DNA of 64,000 nucleotides from Heteronotia binoei (taxonomy: Eukaryota): the NCBI RefSeq assembly GCF_032191835.1, contig NC_083231.1, forward strand, positions 2,170,001 through 2,234,000, in the 5' to 3' direction. The translations under genes were made by a program, and so were the position numbers. Shown one piece after another: positions 37,131 to 50,290 of this stretch. Below the pieces are notes generated by a model, which saw only the letters and a program-made list of their open reading frames with translations, was not told where the DNA came from and did not search any database. Within the stretch, counting starts at the first letter, position 1. Each line of letters starts with the position of its first letter.

Positions 37131-40100
37131 GAATATAGCAACGGATTAGGTCCATAAACCTCAACATCACTCTGGATTTCTCTTACCACACTGTGACATC
37201 CCCGGGTCCTCTTTGGAACACCTCAGACTGACCAACTCGCCATCTGCTATCACTGAAATTCTAATTGTATAATAATAATAATTTTTGAAAAGTATGAATT
37301 ATTGCACTAGCACCTATTGAGATTGATGTTTTAATAATTGTTTTATGTCTTATTTTTATTACTGTTTTATCTTGTTTGGTCATTGCTTGACCCTAACCTG
37401 TGAGCTGCTCTGAGTAGGCCTTCGTCAGGGAGGTCAGAATATAAATTAAATAAAATTAAATAAACAAACAGGAACATAGTTCCAGCTGGCTTGGCATTAG
37501 GACGTGTGGCCTAATATGCAAATGAGCCCCTGATGAGTTTTAAAATGCCCTGTGTGAAATAATAATGACATCCGGGGTGTGACCTAATATGCAAATGAGT
37601 TCCTATTTGCGTGCGCATAGGTAAGAAACATTATGGGGTTATGTGCATATCACTAAGTATTAAAAAAAATTTGGTGACCGTAAACCGGATGTCTGAGGCT
37701 CCTCTTGCTTCCTTCTGCATCACAGCTTGCTCAATCACACAGGAGCTACAGAGCAAAACTTCTCCATTGGCTGAGACTCCTCCCTTGGAGAGGATGAGGG
37801 GAGAGGATAGCTTGCTTTGCCAGGCTCTCTCAATCGCACAGTAGAGCTACTGAGCCAAGCCTCTCTTCCTTCTATTGTCTGAGGCTCCCCCCCCCGGTCC
37901 CCTGGGGAAAGAGCCAGAGCTTCCTTTGCCCAGTTCCCTGGATTGCACAAGAGAGATACAAAGAAAACACCTTTAAGACCAAGTGCTAGTGTTTTAAGCA
38001 TGTTTTAAGTTTTTTAAATCTTTAACTGTGTTTTTCTGTGTCCTTTATAAAGTTTTTAAAGCCCTGAATGACAAGAATATAACGTTTATATATCCACTAC
38101 ATTTTATGCTGCTTATGGCCCGGCCAGGTCACATTCAGCCCTCATAACAAATGAGTTCGACACCCCTTGTTCAGGGATGGTCTTACACCAGTGGAAGAGA
38201 AACTTCTTCATATAATGTAAGGGAGCTCTTGGATCCAACCCACAGTAATAATAATTTGGAAAAGAACATCTTTACTTATCCAAGTAAAAAATATTTATTA
38301 GAGACTTCTGACTTATGGTGACCCTATGAATTAAAGACCTCAGAAAAGTCTTATTGTTGACAGCCTTGCTCAGGTCTTGCAAACTGAGGGCCCTCAGGGC
38401 TTCCTGGTACAAATAGATGCCCCAAAATGAAAACTTTTGAGACATTCTGCCTGCCCTGGGCTGAAGAAGGACATCTCAGGGGACCTTGAGCATAACCATA
38501 CGTTTGCTCTGCAGACCAAACAGTCAAGAGGACTTAGATATTTGCTTAAAGACATGAATATCTTGGTAGAATAAAGGTAGAAAAATGGCTTTAACGTATT
38601 AATCTAAACTACCGTTAAACAGGAATGCTGCATGTGAAATCCCATGGCTTCATGGCTTCGGGTTTGATTCCCCACTCCTCCACTTGCACCTGCTGGCATG
38701 GCCTTGGGTCAGCCATAGCTCTGGCAGAGGTTGTCCTTGAAAGGGCAGCTGCTGTGGGAGCCCTCTCCAGCCCCACCCACCTCACAGGGTGTCTGTTGTG
38801 GGGGAGGAAGGTAAAGGAGATTGTGAGCCGCTCTGAGACTCTTCGGCGTGGAGGGCAGGATATAAATCCAATATCTTCTTCTTCTTCATGTGAGAGCCAA
38901 TGGCCAGATGGTATCTGGCAACCCTACCTTAGCTTTATCTAGAATTGGCCCAGTGTATACAGGAGAAGACCACCACACCAGGTAAGCAGAACACTCTACA
39001 AAAGAACAAAGTCTGAGTCCAGTGGCACCCTTAAGACCAACAAAATTTAATCCCTAAGTACACGAAAGTTTATACCAGGAATAAAACTTTGTTGGTCTTC
39101 AAGGTGCCATTGGACTCAAACTTTGTTCTGCTGCTACAGATCAACACAGCTACCCACCTGAAATCTGCCCTACAAAAGCTTATTTGCCAGCAAAGTGGTA
39201 ACAATATGGTGCCAGTTCCACTTCATATCGCTTTTCCTCCTACTCTTTTGTCCGTATCATTTACCTCACCCATTTTGACCACAAAGTGAGGATTCTTCTC
39301 ACCACATCCATACCTACAACTACCCAGCCCGTCTAAAAACTACTTCTGTTTTGGCTTTACTTGGAAAAGGATTTTGTGTGTGTGTGTGTTCTATATTATC
39401 TGCCTATAGTCCTTGGCCTAAAGATGACCACACAGAAATGATTTTGAAAAACCAAAAAAACCCCTCCATCCAGCAGTTCTGAGTCCCAGGGATGTGCCTC
39501 TGGCAGGACCCATTACTCTGTAAAGCCAAAGGACACTATTTTGTAAAATCATTTACAAATATACTATTTGCCTTTTGGTGTGTAATGGCTGACCCACACG
39601 CTTTGCTAGCTGCTGAAGACACTTCAGTTTCCCAAAGCCAAATAGTATGGACCCATATTTCAGAAGCACTGCAATGTGGGGGGAGGGACCTTCTCTCTCC
39701 TGATAGCTACATTCCAATGCAAAACCACAATCTCTTCTGCCCCACAGTCATATTATCCATTAAGGAAAGGGAGGCTATTAGAGGGGAAAAAGATCGATTC
39801 CTCTTCTTGGGTCACTAACAAGCGATTGGCATAACAAATATAGTAACTCAAAGGCCATTTCAGTGTATTCTAGACATTTGCTTTCCTCATTCTTTTACAA
39901 AACAGGGACCCTTCAGTCTCCTTCACTTTGAGTGGGAAGGATTAAAAAAACTAAAGCCAACCAAACCAGAGTGATCCAGAAGTTCAGAACAACAGGCCAG
40001 CACTCAGATACCTATTCAGGAAGCTCCTTCACTGCAATCCATTCAAAATATACACATTTCTTCCAGGGCCAAATTCTGAAAAATATGGTTCTGCAGATAC

Positions 40101-40476
40101 TGACTGTGCATGGCATTAATGTAGCTGGCTGCTCACGGTGTCATTAATAAACCTTCAGTTGTCTACAGTAGGGTTGGCCAACAGCAGCTCTCCAGATGTT
40201 TTTTGCCTACAACTCCCATCAGCCCCAGCCAGCATCTGGAGAGCTACTGTTGGCCACCCATGGTCTATAGTAGACTATGGCTTTAGGATTCCTGAAAAAC
40301 TACATTTCCCAGGCTCCCTGGTATTCAAGGCATCAGAATACCAAGAAGGAAGAGGGGTAGTAGGGTGGGAAATGTGCGGGATTTAAGGGAACAAACTTAG
40401 AAAAGCAATGTAGCTCTTCAGACCAAGGCCAAAGTCAGAAATCATGATCTAAAATATAACATCTGTCCATGTCAGG

Positions 40477-40784
40477 TATTATACAGTGGGTTCTACGCAT
40501 GGCGAAGTCTCGGAATAAGTGATAACAAGCTCTTTAATAGGAGTAGTATAGTATAAGATTACATTCCAAGCCTGGGGATGGGGCCAGTCTTATATACGTC
40601 TCTCGGTTCCCGCACAAGCATGTTATTGAGTCATTCAAACCAGTGGGGGCCTGTGATTGGTCTAGGGCTGCAGAGATTTGGATCCTGCAGCCTTTTGTTC
40701 CCAAGTCCCCAAGTTCAGTCCGTATGGCTCCAATGAGCCCGGCAGGAACACCCAAAGTTCCCCCTTGAGTCCACATACATAACA
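40477..40784 (-). mobile_element. Solo LTR (308 bp)
   Basis: The minus strand begins TGTTATG and ends TGTATAATA (terminal CA mutated). It contains TATATAAG and ATTAAA in the expected order and is flanked by 5-bp TSD TCAGG (40472-40476 and 40785-40789). Confidence 0.8.
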
Positions 40785-42558
40785 TCAGGAAAAAATGCAC
40801 AGCAACGCGGTCAACCACCCAGAATCTAGAAAACACTTTCATTTGCAAACTGAGAATTAATCTGATACAAATATAACATCAACGTGGTTCTACAATACAG
40901 ACTGCTAACATTAAAAGTACAAGAAAACTAAAGGTTGACTACCAGTGAACATGCACACACGGTTGTGTAACAACACCCCAGCTCAGGCAGCTCCTCTCCC
41001 ACCACCATCCACTGCCGGAAACATTTGAGACAGCCAGGTCACTCGGCTGCCTGGTTTCCTGAGATCTCAATCTCCAAAGCTCAGGCAGCCTTCCCTGTGT
41101 TTCAGAGAGGAGCAGAGAAAACACACAGACACATTTTCAAAGCTTCTTTCATGTGAGCCGTCTGTCAGGATTCCACATTTTGCTGCAGAAGGAGCTCCCT
41201 TTGGCAGCACCTGTGCTAAAACTGGAAGGAGCTTGCTGGGTGAGAAAAGGAAGAGACCATCATGTTTCCATTCGGACAAACTTTGCCTGACAATCTGTAG
41301 GATTTCCCTCAAGTTAAACAAACAAATTCAAGAAAAACAAAAAACAAAAAACAAAAAACCAAACCATAAGCTAAACCAGAAATCTCTGCTGCTATGTGAG
41401 GACTGCAAACTTTGACCAAACTTTGTGCAAGACTGCTTCTGCACTGGGATAACACAGCAATTGCTCTCTGTAGTCTGGGAGTCAGTTCAAGTTCAGAGAG
41501 AACTCCAGGGCCTGCCTTGAAGTTGGGAACCTTAACTGGAGGGACTCCTTCCCTGCTGGTCATCAGCATTAAATTTCCAATTACCACTGGCAGTTCTAAC
41601 TGTGGACCCAACTCTTAAAAAGCCATCAAACAGGAGATTGCATGTTAAAATGTGGTGCTATTGGGGGGGGGGGGGGGATATCACACTGCAACATTTAACA
41701 CACCCCACTAGCCCTCCGATACACGTTTCCTAAAAAGGCCAAGAAAAATGGAGAGCAACTTAACTTTTCGTATGCTGTCACAATTGGCCTTTTGACCACA
41801 TCCAAAAGCACAAGATCACACATGAAGAGCTTTGGGGAAAGAGCATTCTGAGATTGTCCTATGGAGAATACTCCATGGAAATGGGGCTTGTTTTTGCTTT
41901 AAAGAACCAGTTGTTGCCTAGAAAATTAGTATCAGAAATAATTTATAAAGATATCTGTGTTCCTAACGTGAAGCAGTATGTCTTATCATGAAATTTAGAA
42001 GCATTAAATAGAATTTTATTTTTAACGGGGCATTCAATATATAAGGCTACATTTTGCAATGCATTCCCTTTCATTAGGTCATGTTTATATAAGCTGGCTT
42101 CACCCTTCAGTATCTAATCCGCAAGGAAGTTCTGATATGCTTTGCAAATATTGAACAATATTCTGTACTTGTTATTTCAGATCTGCACATTCTTCACTTC
42201 TTTAATGCATGCTTTTAAATGACACATCTGTTTATACCATGAACAGTTGTGGTATGTATTATATGCTTTCAGAAATGGTGAACACAGTTCAAATTTTGCA
42301 AAAGTTACACATGCATTTATACTGTCATACTTAACAACTGGTGGGGACCACCTTTACCTTTTTACTTAACGTTCAAACATACAGACTCCAAACTGAAAAA
42401 ATATCTTCTCCAGTTCGTAATACGAGGTATATAATAAACAAGCCCTTTTCTAATGTGTACTATTTTTCATTTCCATGGAGTATTCTCCATAGGACAGTCT
42501 CAGAATCCCGTAAACCTTGATATGTATGCCAAATGTTGCTGTCGTCAGCCATACACAA

Positions 42559-42592
42559 TACACTTAATTTTAGCCAAAAGGCCAAGAAGCAA
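42559..42592 (-). pseudogene. 3'-truncated U2 snRNA fragment (nt ~2-35)
   Basis: Minus-strand GCTTCTTGGCCTTTTGGCTAAAATTAAGTGTA matches U2 GCTTCTCGGCCTTTTGGCTAAGATCAAGTGTA at 29/32. All mismatches are transitions. Confidence 0.85.
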
Positions 42593-42919
42593 AGTATTTG
42601 GTAAAGGTTTTAATGAATATGTAGAAGTGGCAAAATATGCAAAATTGAATAGGCAGTAATGGTGAAACTAATGATGTAGTCAAAATAGATGAGTTATGAA
42701 GTTTGAAACTTAAACTTAAAATGTTGAATACAATCATACCCCGACAGAAGAACTATTGTAGTTTACAGATAACACCTTAAAATTATAATGAAGAGGATGT
42801 AACGGAAAATATTTTTGTCTTATACATTTTGTAATACATTATTTCCCTGACATTACTTATTTGATTTCTAGACTGCCCTCCCCCAAGGCAGTTCACAACA
42901 TTTAATAAATACATTATTC

Positions 42920-43116
42920 CAGGGCTTTTTTTGAGCAGGAACGCACAGGAATGCCGTTCTGGCTGGCTTGGTGTCAGAGGGTGGGGCTTAATATGAAAAT
43001 GAGTTCCTGCTGGGCTTTTTTGGTAGAAAAACAATGCACAAAACAATGGTGACATCAGGGGTGTGGCCTAATATGCAAATGAGTTCCTGCTGGGCTTTTT
43101 CTACAAAAAAGCCCTG
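42920..43116. mobile_element. hAT MITE (CAGGGCTTTTT TIR)
   Basis: TIR CAGGGCTTTTT/AAAAAGCCCTG and a perfect 8-bp TSD CATTATTC. Confidence 0.85.
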
Positions 43117-43389
43117 CATTATTCTAATAAGTAATCATTAAAATAGGCTACAAGATTTAAACAACAGCAATCAAAATATTCAAGGTGGTGTTAAAACTCT
43201 GGTATTCTACCTCTGGAGGAGCAGAGAGATGAAGGATAGAGAATAAAGAAGGAGGCCAGGCTTGCTGCCAAATGTTGCTGTCGTCAGCCATACAATTATG
43301 ATGTATAACCCCTTTTTCCCTTTCCCTTTTCTAGATCCCTCCTGTCTTCCTAAATAAATAAAAAAGAAATACCAACACGAAGTTCTCCA

Positions 43390-43700
43390 CCATCAGGTAC
43401 ACCCCGAGTTTAAGAACAAAGTTTGAGTCCAGCAACACCTGTAATGACAACCAAGTTTGATTCAAGGGATGAGCTTTCCTGGGCAAGCACACTTCTTCAG
43501 ATACAATGAAAAGGAAATGCCTATTCCACACAGACAGATAGAGAGGGAGGAGTAGATGAGAATACAGCAGAATGAACATGTTTAACACATCCAAGGACCA
43601 AAGAGAAATAACAAGCTTAATTTATATGGTTACCATTTGTTTGGGTTTGATTCCATTTCACTGTATCTGCAGGCTTACTTAAGGGAAAGTCTGACTGAAC
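43390..43700. mobile_element. Penelope-like element terminal fragment (tentative; short relatives at 7880, 8900, 24620, 25075, 39005, 47690, 62060)
   Basis: Recurrent motif TTTGAGTCCAG(T/C)(G/A)GCACCT..AAGACCAAC...AGCTTTC. The class is assigned from recalled similarity only. Confidence 0.4.
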
Positions 43701-44315
43701 GGTGTTAGAGGACATCCTTACAAAGGCTTCACTGGGGTTTGTTTGTTTGTTTGTTTGTTTGGGGGGGGGGAGTCCCCTTCTGGCCCTGTACTGCCCCAGA
43801 TTATCCCCTGATACTCACAGGCCTTTATGTGACTTTAGTTTTTGCTTTGCTTTTTAAATATTGTTTTCCTTGTTTCTTCCCCAGTTCTTTTGAGACCACT
43901 TTTATGCTGATCTTTTCTAGAAGCCAATTCTGATTCGCCTTTTCCCTTGTGCATATGCCAAATGTTGCTGTCGTCAGCCTTCAGCGAAAAGTGGACTTTC
44001 ATCACTATTAAACCACTCCCTCTTTACTCTCTTCCCCCCAATAATCTAAAACAAATACAAGCCTTATATCGATACAAGCATACATAAAAACAAAAACTCC
44101 TCTAACCCTATCATTACAACAGTATAACAATATTGGGGGGGGGGGGGGTAATGCAAAAGCCCTGACCTTTGGGGGGGGCGGGGTGCAGCCATTTCTGGTG
44201 CCAGAAAAAAGTGGTGAGGTTTGAAAGGGACGCAGCACTTCGCATACAGTTCATAAACAGATGGGCGGCAGAGCTGCTTCTCTGTGCAAAGCTAGGAAGG
44301 CAGAGGAGGACTTAC

Positions 44316-44420
44316 ATCAACCCAATAGCCAGGTGCGGTCCTCCCGCCCCAGGAATGCTATCCCCGCAGCAGCCGCGCGCGCGTGTGTGTGAACAGATTC
44401 CCCCATGCCTTTTCTCTTTG
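44316..44420 (-). promoter_or_regulatory. Candidate non-coding first exon or promoter of JAKMIP1
   Basis: A small CpG cluster (gcagccgcgcgcgcg, ccgcccc) is followed on the minus strand by a consensus donor GAT|GTAAGT at 44315-44310. There is no transcript evidence. Confidence 0.3.
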
Positions 44421-46479
44421 TCCCCAAGCATGTGTTTACTTTAGATCTTTCTTTTTAAAAATTCACCAATAACATTAATATAAGCTTGTCCAAAAAGGAA
44501 AGCTGTGACACCACCAATAATGGCAGTACCTTCCCTTGAAAATCAGCACTACTTAAGTTAAGACAGACGCAGATGGAAATAAGCTGACTCCACAACTGTG
44601 AAAATGCAGAGAGGTCAGACATGCAGAAGAACCACACCCAAACTGATGCTTGTAGATTGACTGCCAAAAAAATCAGAAGTTGAGCATATAGAAAGGTCCC
44701 AAGTGAGTATTCTACAGAAAGGACCAGAGTAGCCCTCTCCCTCTGCTTCACCTTTGCCATCTCCACTCATCAGCTGCCGTTCTTCTGGCTCAGTTTTTGC
44801 CTACCACTGTTGCCCAACTGCTCCAGTGAGTGATGCAGCATGACTGGCTGGCCGTGCAGCAGGAGAAAAGCCGCCTCCTCACCTCCAGTTCCGCACTCAG
44901 GAATGAACCAAGGGAAGCCTTTCCTACCCCAGAGTCCTACTCCAGCCAGCCAACTTGCTGCAGCATCAGAGAAAAGAGCCAAGTGTTCTGCTCCAGGTAC
45001 TCAAGTTGGACTGGGAGACAGCGAGCCCAATTCTTGCTTTTCCAAAAAAGCTCATCTTGAACCAATCTTTATCACTCAGCATCACCCATCTCACAGGATT
45101 GTTGCAAGGAAAAAAGGAGGGAGGGGACCAAAAGAATTTATACCCTCAGGAAGTCCTTGAAGTCAGACTACAACACAAGCCCACACACAATAAGTCTTTA
45201 TTTTTTAAAACAAATTAAAAATTAAGCTGGTAATAATATACACCCAGGAAGTGTTAATTCCAGATGGATAATCATATTGATCTGAAACAGCACAATAAAA
45301 CAGAAGTCCACACTAACGTTCCAATGGAAACACACATTTGAAGGAATCTTACTGTTACACTTCCTCTCATTTGCTAATTATTTTACCAAAATCCTTTTTG
45401 GGTGTACTTCCTAGTCCCTTTAGAATCCCTTGACCATGTTAATCCCATTCCACGGAAATCACTTGGGTGTCCAGCAGACTCCAGAGGGAACTATTTGCTA
45501 CTGAGTTTAAAAACTGTGCCTTGCAAATCATTTTGATCTAAACACTGCATGTCATAAAACAGGCTTCCACCAAACACTACTGTATAATTTCAGAATCACA
45601 GTACTTCATCAAATGCCCATTTAAATAACAATGTTCTGATGATATTGCTCACATGAGGTCATATTCAAAGACAAAACAGCAGATCTCCTGGGGTAAAGAC
45701 ACACAATTTATAACAGGTGATGAATTCAGGGTGAACCTGGAAGCTCCAAAAGAACAGTAACAGTCAAGAAAAGAAAATTTTAAAGAGAACATACCAATTC
45801 TCAAACTAAGAAGTGCTGCAAGAGGCAACCAGTAAATGTCAGTGCAAAGAAGCTTAGAATATGCTTCTCATCTAAAAATAAAGAGGGTACTTGGACTGCA
45901 GGCAGAAGGTGACAAATCCTCTACCTGCAGACTAGATAATACCACCTGTTCCTGCCCCAGCCAATCAGCATCACTTCTGCTATGTGCGGTGTTCTCACAC
46001 TCAGGACAACTTCATATGGTTGCACGCAGCACACGTTATGCACAAAGAAGACAAAAATTCACAGGCCAGGAAATGGCTGCTGCTCATTGGCACAGGCAAT
46101 GATGTGTGAGCAGGACTTGGAGAGAACCTTGAGCCTGAACAGGCGGAAGGGAAGGGCACCAGCCCCAAAATGTGGCTCTTCCATTGGATAACGAGCCATT
46201 TAAGATGAAGGAAACCTTCCAAACTGTGCTCAGTACAGTGGTGGGATACTGTAAGGCGTCCCTAGATTCAAACGAAAAATTACCTTATTTTAGAGACTTG
46301 CCTACTTTGTTGAATTACTACATATCCATATACTGCTTAGAGCTTGGAAGAGGTTATTTGTAGAGATTCAGCAGGGTTTGGGACTTCTGTGTTTGAAAAA
46401 CAGACAGGATTTTAAAGAACAAAAATATTTTGTGAGCTTCCTCCTTCCCTACTGACATATATTCGAAGTGTCAGTCAGT

Positions 46480-47200
46480 CAAAAATTGTATTGTGTATAG
46501 CCTCTGGCCATTACAAAACAGAACACGAACAACAAAGTTCCCAATTAACACCTTAAAAGTTCCCCAGAAAGGCCGACCTCAAGAAGTTACAGCATTTGAT
46601 ATTACTCTTGCTCTTATCTTCTTAGCTGCAAGGGCAAACAAAGAGACTCTATAGGACACAAGAGCATCATTGTCAGATACCAGAAATACAATCTTTTCAG
46701 TCTCTGAACATGATTTGAAGGAGGTTAGTACTCCAGACAGAAATTTAATTCTGGGGGTGTTGTAGAATGGACAAGATAGAATATAATGGGGAAGGTTCTC
46801 TATCATGGGCAAATACAAAAAGAAATGTTCTGTTGGGATGTGGGAATGTTGGCCAGTTAATAGAGTTGTTTGCATAGTCTGAAAGTGGAGAGCTGTGAAG
46901 GATGTTCTGATGTTAAATCTGGAGATACTAACCAGGTATGGGGATCTCAGAAGATCGGATTTGATTAGTCTGAACTAGGCAGCTACTTTAGATTTTAGAT
47001 CTAGCAACGCATCTGAAAAACATATCCAATCCCTAAGTTGAGAATTGTCATTTGGGCTCCTAGGAGATCATTAGGAATAGAATAACTCTGGATAATGTTG
47101 TTGAGGTATCTAGAATCCCTGTGAACTTTTGATAGAAGATCAAATGAATGGTGATTAAGGGAAGTATGATGAGAGGATTTACTCCCCCCCCCCACAATGT
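46480..47200 (-). mobile_element. Second RTE-X-like LINE 3' fragment
   Basis: IENLPHYILSCPFYNTPRIKFL...FLVSDND...VSLFALAAKKIR is the same domain as at 23300-23570. Confidence 0.6.
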
Positions 47201-47879
47201 TTTATTATAGCTAGGTGTGCCCGTGCTCTTATGGAAGGGAGTCCTGTTTCAGCCCTCATTAGGGCAGCAGAAGAGCCCCTAGGAACAGCAAGAATTCATT
47301 TTAGCAACTGATTCTGGATTACGTCCAGACTAAAGAATTCTCATTCCACCCCCATATTTTGACACGGTACAAAAGATGTGGTAGAACCTTGCTTTTAAAT
47401 AATTTGAGTGCCGGATCTATCAAGCGTCCACCCTTTGTATGAAAAAAGTGAAGAATTGACCCAACAATCCTCAGTGCTGAGGATTCTACCAATGCCAGGT
47501 GGCCATTCCAATTCAGTGTCTCCTAAAAGGTTACCCCTAGGTATTTAAAAACGCTGCATTGGGTGATTAGATTGCCCACTATACTCCAGCAGAAGATTTT
47601 GGGCTTTATAGTGGGTAAGAAGGTGAATGAAATCACACATGGATCTTCACAAGTGATAGCAACAATCCATGTCATGGAGGGTATACAGATCCAGGTGGGC
47701 AGCCATGTTAGTCTGAGGCTGTAGAACAGATTTTAAGTCCAGTCCGGCATCTTTAAGACCAACAAAGGATTATTCAAGATATGAGCCTTCATGTGCACAT
47801 ACACTTCCTCAGATACACTGAAATGGAAGCTACCAGTTCATATATATAAGGCAGACACACACAGCCCTTCTTTATGGTG

Positions 47880-48350
47880 TAGGGTTGCCAAGGCCAACTC
47901 AAGAGATATCTGGGAACTTTGGGGAAGGATCCAGGAGCAAGGGTGTGACAAGAACAGCTGAACTCTGAAGGGAGTTCTGGCCATCACAGTTAAAGGGACC
48001 TTGCTCCTGTTAAATGCCTTCCCTCCATTTGGAATAATGAAGGATAGGAGCACCTTCTTTTGGGGCTCATAGAATTGGACCTCCTGGTCCAATCCTTTTG
48101 AAACTTGAGGGGGTTTTTTTTAAGGAGAGGCACCAGATGCTGTGCTGAAAATCTGGCACCTTTACCACAAAAAAGCCTCCCCACCTGAGCCCCATGATCA
48201 ATCCATTATAATCTATGGGAATCGGTCTCCATAGGGAATAATGCTCAGTAGACATTTCCCTCCCCCCCCCCCGCTTTCTGATGACCCTGAAGTGGGGGAG
48301 GGCCTCCAAATTAGGGATCCCCTGCCTCCACCTGGGGATTGGCAACCCTA
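47880..48350. mobile_element. hAT MITE (TAGGGTTGCCAA TIR); relatives at 50404-50837, 60460-60680, 61355-61590
   Basis: 12-bp TIR TAGGGTTGCCAA/TTGGCAACCCTA and TSD TTATGGTG/CTATGGTG. Confidence 0.8.
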
Positions 48351-48989
48351 CTATGGTGGTGGGGAGCACAGTCAAACCACAGCTGACTTATGCGACCCCA
48401 GATGGGGTTTTCAAGGCAAGAGGTGGCTGCCATTGCCTGCCTCCATGTCATGACCCTGGGATTCCGTGGAGGTCTCTCATCCAAATACCAGCCAGGACCA
48501 ACCCAGCTTAGCTCCCAAGATCCGATGAAATCAGGCCAGCCTTCATAACAAGCCTCAAATCTTAGAAAAGCGTCCCACTGGACACTCATCTTCTTTGCTC
48601 CTTTGTCTGAGGCAAAACCAGATGAGATGCAGGAAGGGGTGAAGGGTTAACAGCCAGGCTGCGCTTTTACCTCCACAAGGCTCTAAACTGGACAACCTGG
48701 CAGCTAGTTACAGGAGAGCTGGCAACCGTGGCAGGCCTTTGCATCCAACTGAGGGGAGCCACACTGCCTCTAATGACTTGGGGGAATCGGGTTCGCTCAG
48801 AACTGTAAAGCTTCCCCTCCATTACAAGACATTCTTAGGGTAGCAGCTAGTGTAAAGGCTTTGGGTTCACTGCTGTGAGGTAAATTCTGTGGTGAGCAAG
48901 AACAGAGATCACGGAGTTGTACGCAAATAAGCAGTTTATCTATAAGCTGGTTTTAAGGAATATATCAGCAGCACAGCAGTGTGTGTGTG

Positions 48990-50290
48990 TGTGTGAAGTC
49001 ACTTCCAACCTATGGCAACCGCATGAATTAATGTCCTCCAAAATGTCCTGTCATTAACAGCTCTGCTCAGGTCTTGCCAATGAGGGCCGCTGTGGTTTCC
49101 TTGACTGAGTCCATCCATCTCTTGCGGCTCTTTTCCTGCTGCCTTCAGTTTTTCCTGGCATTCTTTTCCAGTGACTCCCGTCTTCTCAGAATGTGACCCC
49201 AGTACGATAGCCGCAGCTTAGTCATTTTAGCTCACAGGGTAAGTTCAGACTTGATACGATCTAGAACCCACTGATTTGTCTTTTTGGCAGTTTGTGGTTA
49301 TCGCTAAAACTCTCCTCCAACATCACATTTCAAATGAATCCATTTGCTTCTTGTCATGTTTCTTCACACACCCACACATAGTAACAGAGAATACTATGGC
49401 ATGAATTATCTAGATCTTGGTCACTGGCAACACATCCTTACACTTAGGAATCCTTTCTAGCTCCTTCACGGCTGCACTTCTCAATCTCCTGACTTCTTGG
49501 TTGCAGGAATAGAATAGAAAATCTTTTAAGAATTTCAGTTTCTTCACTGTCAACCTTAAAGTCATGTAATTCCCCAGCAGTCATTATTTTTGTCTTCTTG
49601 ATGTTCAGCTGTAATCCCACTTTGGCACATTTAGCCTTCAGCAGTAGCCATTTAAAGTCTTTACTATCTTCTGCCAGTAGTAATATGGCATCATTTGCGT
49701 ATCTCAGGTTGTTCATGTCCCGTCCACCAATTTTCATGCCATCTTCATTCCACCTTCACCCAAATCTACCTCAGCTTTCCTTGGGATGTGTTCTGCATAT
49801 AGATTTAAAAGACAGGGAGCTGAAATGCATCCTTGTTTGACACCTTTGCCAATTGGAAACCATTCTGTTTCTCCATATTCTGTCTTCATAGTGGCCTCTT
49901 GTCCAGAGTACAGGCTGCACATCAGCACAATCAGATGTCGTGGCACATCCATTTCTGTTAAAACCAATCAACCATAACTTTTCATGATCTACACAGTCAA
50001 AAACTTTGCTGCACTCTATGAAACACCAACGGACTTTCCTCTGAAATTCTCTCATATGTGCCAGTAATCTATGTAAATCAGCAAGGTGGTTTCTAGCACC
50101 TTTTCTTTTTTTTTCTGAATCCAGCATGAACATCTACCATTTCTCATTCCATATATGGCAACAGACCTTGTTGTAAGATTTTTAACATCCCTTTACTCAC
50201 ATGAGAAATTAACACAATGATCTGATAGCTGCTGCAGTCTTTGACATCTTTTTCGTAACTGGAATATAGCTCAAGTGTTTCCCATCTGTG
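48990..50290 (-). mobile_element. RTE/BovB LINE fragment, decayed
   Basis: RT motifs (KVFDCVDHEKLW, IGKGVKQGCI..PCLLNLYAE, NNLRYAND..LLAE, GLQLNIKKTKIM) and a BovB-type 3' end near 48990. Confidence 0.85.

Noticed and set aside
42527-43979. CRISPR-like array from the thrice-repeated 24-mer
   Set aside because: The spacers are ~700 bp, the context is eukaryotic and there are no cas genes. It is reported as a dispersed repeat instead.
44455-45218. Cluster of short overlapping ORFs
   Set aside because: No homology recognised and no consistent splice frame.
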